From NCBI GenBank assembly GCA_024275415.1, contig JAJRZD010000049.1, forward strand, positions 1 to 32,000: 32,000 nt of DNA. The letters run 5' to 3'. This document shows positions 25,959 through 32,000 of this stretch, in pieces. The DNA is from an archaeon (GTDB lineage: Archaea > Asgardarchaeota > Thorarchaeia > Thorarchaeales > Thorarchaeaceae). The position numbers and the translations under genes were made by a program. Positions within the stretch are counted from its first letter, which is position 1. The number at the start of each line of letters is the position of its first letter. Under the pieces are notes generated by a model. It searched no databases and was not told the DNA's origin. It saw only the letters and a list, made by a program, of their open reading frames with translations.

Positions 25959-26921
25959 ATGATAACAAAATTGACAATGTATGGTAGTGAGATTATCCCC
26001 GGAATCTATGTCGTCAAGGGAAAGTTTGCTGACGAGTTTGGCTTCATTTCAAGTTACGTCATTGTAGATGGGGACACTGCGGCAGTAATCGACCCGGGGA
26101 CAGCTGGTGACCCTGGAAAAGACACGTTGGAATTTGTAAAGCACCTTGGTCTGAATCCCAAGAGTGACATCACAACCATCCTTTGCACTCACGGTCATCC
26201 TGACCATATCGGAGGGGCGGGGATTTTGAAGAAGGCTACTGGTGCTTCGATCATGATTCACGAAGATGATGCAGTCCTTCTATCCAATCCTTCCGAGTTC
26301 ATTGACTCCCGATTGAAGCTGACCTTTGCAGGACGGATGGCGATGAAGGTCGATAGGGGTCCGCTCCGTGTGAACTACCGTCCAGTTGATCCTGACAGAT
26401 TACTTGATCGTGGTGATACGATCAGGATTGGTGATGTGTCCTTGAGAGTCATCCATACCGGAGGGCATTCTGCTGGACATTGTGTCTTTTATGACTCGGC
26501 TAGGAAGGTGTTGTTCTCGGGTGATGAAGTGAACAATTTCCCAAATGACCCCCGAAAGTTCTATATCGACCTTAGTGGGAGTCTGGCAATCCGCCGCTCA
26601 TCGTTGGAATCGCTTCAGAAACTAGACATCGAATTTCTACTTCCTTCTCATGATGTGTCCCACATGATGGGAGAGGTCAGTCTGCAATTCCGAGAGGCTG
26701 CTGATGCAATATTACAATTCCAAGACAATGTCCTCAGTCATCTATCAGCGCGAGGGTCAGCAGATTTGGAACAGCTTGTTTTTGACATTCAACAAGCACG
26801 GAGTATACCTATCCCTACTGACGCCTATTCACTGTTCACCACAACACTTGAGGCATGTCTTCAGGACTTAGCTCGTGCCGGTCTGATTAGGTGCAATGAA
26901 GGGATTTGGAACCCCATCTGA
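25959..26921 (+). CDS. MBL-fold metallo-hydrolase with C-terminal helical/winged-helix extension
   Basis: VIDPG, THGHPDHIGG, HTGGHSAGH, LFSGD, PSH motifs. Confidence 0.9.
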   Translation: MITKLTMYGSEIIPGIYVVKGKFADEFGFISSYVIVDGDTAAVIDPGTAGDPGKDTLEFVKHLGLNPKSDITTILCTHGHPDHIGGAGILKKATGASIMIHEDDAVLLSNPSEFIDSRLKLTFAGRMAMKVDRGPLRVNYRPVDPDRLLDRGDTIRIGDVSLRVIHTGGHSAGHCVFYDSARKVLFSGDEVNNFPNDPRKFYIDLSGSLAIRRSSLESLQKLDIEFLLPSHDVSHMMGEVSLQFREAADAILQFQDNVLSHLSARGSADLEQLVFDIQQARSIPIPTDAYSLFTTTLEACLQDLARAGLIRCNEGIWNPI

Positions 26922-27035
26922 TTACTACGTTCCAGCTATATTCAAAAAGCGGTATCGCTATTGTTATTCTCCCAGCTCAGTTCGTACTTAACGAGCTACA
27001 CGGACTGTCCCACGATTCTTGAGAGGGATTTTGAG

Positions 27036-29639
27036 ATGTCAGGTAAGAAACGCGGACTTCAAACACCTAGTACGGTAGAAGCGATTCGGATGGCCTCTGC
27101 TTCGATTCTTGGCACTACTACAGGCAAAGGGTATCCGCTTGGGAGTGCAATTGGTACAGGTAGTAAGATGGAAGAGAATTCAGAGGATGTCGCCCTTCGT
27201 ATCACGCCATTGATTTTCTCATTACATGATGAGTTGCTCTCTTCTGAGAATCTAGAACTCCTTTCAATTGAATGGGATTTGGAAGGTGGACATGGACAAG
27301 AAGTATTACCTGAACATCTAATTATCACCGGAGGGAAATTTGGTGATGTGTCCTCTCATATCTGCGCATTGAGTTGGGAGAAGGGTATCATCGATCCTTT
27401 CAAGATGGATTCCTATATCAGTGGGGTTGCGAAAAAGCTGTCTGATATTGAGCGAGCAATCATTGTGAACTCGCTAGAGTACGAAACTGATGGTATTATG
27501 ATCTTGAAGCGTTTCTCCGACCGCTTCAATAGTGTGACCTTTGTAGAGATGCTTGACCGTCAGTTTCAGGAAACATGGGAGTCCCAAAAGGTAAAGGTCG
27601 AGAATGTTGATATCGAAACAGTTCTGAAGTATGAATATCGGGATGACTTCGCATCTAATCCTCCCGGCCCCCGCATCCAGAGAAGAAAATCTGCCGAGTT
27701 CATGATGCCTGATGCAAATGAAAATGAATTAGTACTCCATCTACAACATCGTCTTCTTTCACCAAAGGGGCTTGAAGCAATAGCATCACGTATCCCTGAT
27801 ATGGGACGGAATATCCTTGCAGAACTCAACGAGTATGCATATAGCATAGAAGAGGTTGACATCGCACGGGCCGGCATTGCTGCTTTGGTTTCATTCCTCG
27901 GGAAAGAAGAGGTCACCTTATCTGAACTGTCTTATCTTGCCTCTCAGACAGGGGAGTTCTCCGAGGCCATGTCTGATACAGTTGATGCTCTTGCTGAGGT
28001 CTTGGAGCAGCATGCGACATCAGGGAGCCGATTCACCATTGACGAACACCAGCAGGCACTGCTGTCTCTTTTGGAAAACCAATCTGACTATCTCAATCCA
28101 CTTCAGATAGCATTTGGGAAGGCACTTCTTGAGCACTTAGCCAAATCCATTCGAAGGGAATTCCCGACAGCAGAGGTTATCCGTGCTTGGGAACTAAAGG
28201 CTACCCTCTCCTATTTCGTTGCCTTTGCAAGACGGGTTCTCGGATACATCTCCCGGGAGCTACAGCAGTTCCTTCAGCTGTCATCGGTTCACAGCATTAT
28301 GCGTCAGACGCTGCAAGAGTTCAAAGATGAAGCGGAAGGCGAGATATCTGATCCCACTGAACTCATGCTGTTCCACAAGTTCTACTCTGAGCTGTATTCG
28401 TTGCTTAATGCGATAATTGATAGAAAATCCTACGAAGGGTTTGAACGCAAACCCATCGAGGTTCTTGTTGATGAGATTACCAATGAAGTAAGTGGTGCAT
28501 TCAAGTCAATCGATGTCTGGGAGTTGATTGGTTTTGGAGATCTGGCTGAGATAGCCCGAACCGAGATTCAGTCGCGTTCTGATTCTGAATCACAGGCCGT
28601 TTCCAATGAAACCCTCCTATCTTTACTGTCGGACTATGAGAAGTTCGTGACCGAAACACTTCCAGATGTAGCTGAAACCTTCCTTTCGAAGCATTTTCTC
28701 ACGGCCGTCATTGACACGATGTCCGAAACAGAGGACGGTCTAATCGCTATCATACGGAGATTGATTGATGCTGAGTCTGAAAAGCCTGATGAGTGGCGCA
28801 AAGAAGCCGAACTCTGGCTTTCACAGCTTGGTGCGCTTATCGATGAATCAATGCCTCTTTCTGAAAAGCTATTCACCCTAATCAAATTAGCCTACATGCA
28901 GCTCGGGGAAGGAGTTTCTCCCGACAGTGTGATTGAAAGGATTCAAGAGGATACGAATGATTTGGAAACGGCATACAATGAGGAAGTCGAAAAATGGGTC
29001 GAAACGTGCCGACAGATTGATCGGGAAAATGAACCTATACGCGAGAACAATGAGAAGCGTGAAGCAAAACTTGTTGAGGCTGTCAAGTCTTTTGAGGCAG
29101 AAATGAAACAGTACGAGGAAGCTTTGGAATCTCACAAGCATTTGCTTGCAGCACACCAGCTCGAGGCGGACGGGTCTTCACCACCCCCTCCATCTCCAGA
29201 AAAACCCGAGAGCTTGGAGTCTAGACGGGCACGAATTGACAAGGAATTCCCAGAGATGGTGGAAAAGCAGAAACCTCCCAAGCCCGAACCATCTGAACGA
29301 TTGATAATACACGCAGCTCTAAGGGATTTATTAAAAGAGAGCTTTGAGAAAATGAAACGAAGTCAAGAACGGATGGAGCAAGTGTTAACGCTTCGTCTTA
29401 GGGCTTTGAGGGCAGAAGGTGCAAAAATGGCTGAGGGATTGACCATTGGGATCAGCACAGGTTTCTTGGAATTCCTGATGAACTCCGAGATTAGAAAGCT
29501 CGGTCAGCTGCTACCTCGGGTCAAAAGAGCGTACTTGCGAGATACTGACGATCCTAGCTTGGTCTATTTGGTCACTTATGAATTCCGAGGAAACATGCTT
29601 TCAGTTTCCATCGGGAACAATCTACTGAGGAGGCAATGA
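27036..29639 (+). CDS. Large hypothetical protein (about 867 aa): N-terminal alpha/beta domain, long helical body, Pro-rich coiled-coil stalk
   Basis: Uninterrupted 2.6-kb ORF; likely start ATG 27036 (GAGGGA upstream); stop overlaps the next ATG. Confidence 0.9.
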   Translation: MSGKKRGLQTPSTVEAIRMASASILGTTTGKGYPLGSAIGTGSKMEENSEDVALRITPLIFSLHDELLSSENLELLSIEWDLEGGHGQEVLPEHLIITGGKFGDVSSHICALSWEKGIIDPFKMDSYISGVAKKLSDIERAIIVNSLEYETDGIMILKRFSDRFNSVTFVEMLDRQFQETWESQKVKVENVDIETVLKYEYRDDFASNPPGPRIQRRKSAEFMMPDANENELVLHLQHRLLSPKGLEAIASRIPDMGRNILAELNEYAYSIEEVDIARAGIAALVSFLGKEEVTLSELSYLASQTGEFSEAMSDTVDALAEVLEQHATSGSRFTIDEHQQALLSLLENQSDYLNPLQIAFGKALLEHLAKSIRREFPTAEVIRAWELKATLSYFVAFARRVLGYISRELQQFLQLSSVHSIMRQTLQEFKDEAEGEISDPTELMLFHKFYSELYSLLNAIIDRKSYEGFERKPIEVLVDEITNEVSGAFKSIDVWELIGFGDLAEIARTEIQSRSDSESQAVSNETLLSLLSDYEKFVTETLPDVAETFLSKHFLTAVIDTMSETEDGLIAIIRRLIDAESEKPDEWRKEAELWLSQLGALIDESMPLSEKLFTLIKLAYMQLGEGVSPDSVIERIQEDTNDLETAYNEEVEKWVETCRQIDRENEPIRENNEKREAKLVEAVKSFEAEMKQYEEALESHKHLLAAHQLEADGSSPPPPSPEKPESLESRRARIDKEFPEMVEKQKPPKPEPSERLIIHAALRDLLKESFEKMKRSQERMEQVLTLRLRALRAEGAKMAEGLTIGISTGFLEFLMNSEIRKLGQLLPRVKRAYLRDTDDPSLVYLVTYEFRGNMLSVSIGNNLLRRQ

Positions 29640-32000
29640 ATATGTCAAGTTCCTGGTTACTCAAGACTCGCCAGATGAGTGAGGCTGGAAAAGAGATTAT
29701 CCTTTCTGAGGCATTAGCGACACATATGCGTAGCCCACGTGACCGGAAATTGGTAATGGGTGAGTTTGCAGAGAAACACCCACTGGAGGATCTTATCTCA
29801 TTCTTTGGCGCATTCTATCTCTATCACTATCAGGGTCTCCGACTTCTCCAAATCGATAGTGCTGACGATTTGTCAATTGAGGAAATGGAGGCGCTCACAA
29901 AGAAGGAACGAGAACTTCTTGAGGTAGAGGTTCGAATGATGCTCGGAGAGAAGCAGCGAGAAGAGATTGATGTGAGTAGGATCTCCAGTGAGTTCATCGT
30001 TTCAATGTGCGATTATCTCTTGGGTTCTGTCCCGAAAGATGACCGCGAATCTATCAGTGATGTCATTTCTCTTCTAAAGGATCATTTTCAAATGATTCCG
30101 ACTTCCTATTCGCTGAATAGCGAGATTGATTTTATCAACGAGGTCGCCGGATGGGGCAGCACATGGCGTCGTGAACTATATGTTAAGGCATCTGGTCTCA
30201 AAGAGGCTGCATTGTCTCTTCGAGACGAGCTGCTCAAGCCTCATTATGAAGAGATTGTCGAGTCAACGGTTCTCCTGAAAGGGATTGAGAAAATCACAGG
30301 CCAAATTCGTCTGATGTGCGGAAGGGTATTCACTGACGACCTACCCCGTGAACAGTGGGCGAAGGTCGCAGAGGCCGTCCTAGAACACTTCAGAAACCCC
30401 AATGTTTCTCTTCCTGCGCTCAGAGAAGCCAACCGGATTCGAATCTCAGTGATAGATGTCTTGGAACAGGAGATAGAAACCCCTATGACCTTTGAAGAGT
30501 ACGAGTCCCTCCTCGTGAAGGTCATTGTTGAGGGGATAGGAAAGATTCCTGATGGTGTTGATCTTCTTGATACCCTTTCTTATTTTGTTGCAATACCATT
30601 GGATGATGTTCGGGCCGCCTTACGATCCAACAGGATTACGGATCCCTCCACGATCATCGAAGGTCTCAATGCAACCGTTGTTGACATGGACGCGTCAGAA
30701 TCAGCAGAAACATCCGATTCTCCATCGTTGAGTCAAGAAGAACTTGAAGAACTCACGCGAAACATAAGGCGCTTGGAGAAGATAGAGCATACACTGGAGA
30801 GACCTGTCAAGGGTATGTTGAAGGCGAAAGGACTGCGTGCTGCTGAGCTTGACAAGATTTCCATCGAGTTCTTGACTAAGCCCCGTTCATCTCTACTGGG
30901 TTTTGAAATCCAAGTCCTTGAAGAACTCAAGAAAAAAATACGGGTTCCTCCACCTGAGGAAATATCTCGTCTTCTTCAGCTTCGTGAGGAGTTCAAAAGT
31001 GGCTCACTTACTGGAGTTGAAATGTCTAGGTCTTCTGAATTGGGTCGGCAAATCCAGCATGGGAAGCATATGGTGACGCTAAGGGACGACTTGGTTTGGT
31101 TCTTTACTATTAGCATTCTGAAAAATCTTTCACGAGTTATTGAAACATATATCCGATCCAAGCATGACATTCAACGTTCAAAGACTTTGTTGAAAAGCAT
31201 CTATGAAGACTCGAATACGCAACTCCAATTCTTGAGAGAAGAGATCTTGATTGACCTGCTGTCAATGAGACTGTACGAGATGAAGATGATTCACCCTGAA
31301 CTCGATACCCAAACAGTCTGCACTTGGTACCACGCTCGTTTGTCCAATACGGATCTCGATACAGCAAAGGAACGACTGGAAACCACCACCTCGCCTGTCT
31401 TTGGAGGAGTTGTCGATATGCCCTTGAAGCTATCCGAACTGAATTATGATAACTATGCCATCGCGTATGATCTTATGCAGAGGTTCCTTGATCGCCAACG
31501 GTCAGAACGTGAGGTTAGAATCGAAATAGTCGCCAAAACAAAAGAGGTTGAGAAGCAGAAGATTGCAGAGAAGAAGGCAGGCCTCGATGTCATGAATTTC
31601 ATTTATACGAAGGCACACACCGTCTTCAGGGCTATCGGACGAGTCGGCGCCCGAGGCCTTGAATGGAACGCTAATGATGATGCGAAATGTGCGAACCTTT
31701 TGGCTTTCTTCCTCAACACAAGCCGCGGGCGTTCGATATGTGCTGTATGTGGTGAGGTTGCAAAGGATGGTGCCTGCAGTCTGCATGGCAAGGGACAGGT
31801 GAATGTTTCAAATGACATCGACAATCTTTCGTGGTTTGTGATGCGTGCCCATACGGACATTAAAGAAGGATTGCTCGGTGCCAAGGCGGAACCTATGAGC
31901 TGGTCAGATGCACGACAGATTGTCCAGAGGGAACTTGCCAATCTAAGACGACGCGGAAAAATCACGAGCAAAACCAACCCCAAGGAAATGATGCCCGGGG
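29636..32000 (+). CDS. Large helical hypothetical protein with C-x2-C-x8-C-x2-H zinc finger, 3'-truncated by the window edge (at least 788 aa)
   Basis: Read by hand: open from ATG 29636 (ATGA overlap, GAGGAGG SD) to the window end without a stop: MNMSSSWLLKTRQMSEAGKEIILSEALATH...CAVCGEVAKDGACSLH...KTNPKEMMPG. Absent from the ORF track because it has no stop codon. Confidence 0.9.
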   Translation, partial: MNMSSSWLLKTRQMSEAGKEIILSEALATHMRSPRDRKLVMGEFAEKHPLEDLISFFGAFYLYHYQGLRLLQIDSADDLSIEEMEALTKKERELLEVEVRMMLGEKQREEIDVSRISSEFIVSMCDYLLGSVPKDDRESISDVISLLKDHFQMIPTSYSLNSEIDFINEVAGWGSTWRRELYVKASGLKEAALSLRDELLKPHYEEIVESTVLLKGIEKITGQIRLMCGRVFTDDLPREQWAKVAEAVLEHFRNPNVSLPALREANRIRISVIDVLEQEIETPMTFEEYESLLVKVIVEGIGKIPDGVDLLDTLSYFVAIPLDDVRAALRSNRITDPSTIIEGLNATVVDMDASESAETSDSPSLSQEELEELTRNIRRLEKIEHTLERPVKGMLKAKGLRAAELDKISIEFLTKPRSSLLGFEIQVLEELKKKIRVPPPEEISRLLQLREEFKSGSLTGVEMSRSSELGRQIQHGKHMVTLRDDLVWFFTISILKNLSRVIETYIRSKHDIQRSKTLLKSIYEDSNTQLQFLREEILIDLLSMRLYEMKMIHPELDTQTVCTWYHARLSNTDLDTAKERLETTTSPVFGGVVDMPLKLSELNYDNYAIAYDLMQRFLDRQRSEREVRIEIVAKTKEVEKQKIAEKKAGLDVMNFIYTKAHTVFRAIGRVGARGLEWNANDDAKCANLLAFFLNTSRGRSICAVCGEVAKDGACSLHGKGQVNVSNDIDNLSWFVMRAHTDIKEGLLGAKAEPMSWSDARQIVQRELANLRRRGKITSKTNPKEMMPG

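Overview
Archaeal chromosomal window, most consistent with an Asgard archaeon (probably Thorarchaeia). This is inferred from a stand-alone Snf7/ESCRT-III gene, archaeal TATA/GGTG-type signals and the gene families present; it is not a computed classification. Most of the window is housekeeping or metabolic: Mrp/NBP35 ATPase, IMPase/FBPase, HAD phosphatase, threonine synthase, AIR-synthase-like protein, SurE, WecB, uridine phosphorylase, a divergent PRS homolog, dCTP deaminase, NADP-GDH, IlvE, ferredoxin plus tungsten AOR, DUF123 nuclease and an MBL hydrolase. The most striking signal is a chelatase chlD-like locus split into two frames exactly at an in-frame A9 run (7773-7781). A -1 shift there would give a short soluble ChlI-like AAA+ subunit and a long AAA-[two TM helices]-vWA subunit, i.e. 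a membrane-anchored version. Other leads: two or three candidate structured small RNAs (about 612-810, 1365-1460, 5169-5240), a palindromic operator array, a frameshifted and internally deleted cell-surface pseudogene followed by a MITE-like element, a small Sm/Hfq-like protein, a tandemly duplicated CdvA-like coiled-coil protein, and two translationally coupled giant helical proteins at the right edge (the second runs off the window and is missing from the ORF track). No rRNA, tRNA, CRISPR array or transposase was recognised. All family calls are from motif recognition by eye; no searches were run.
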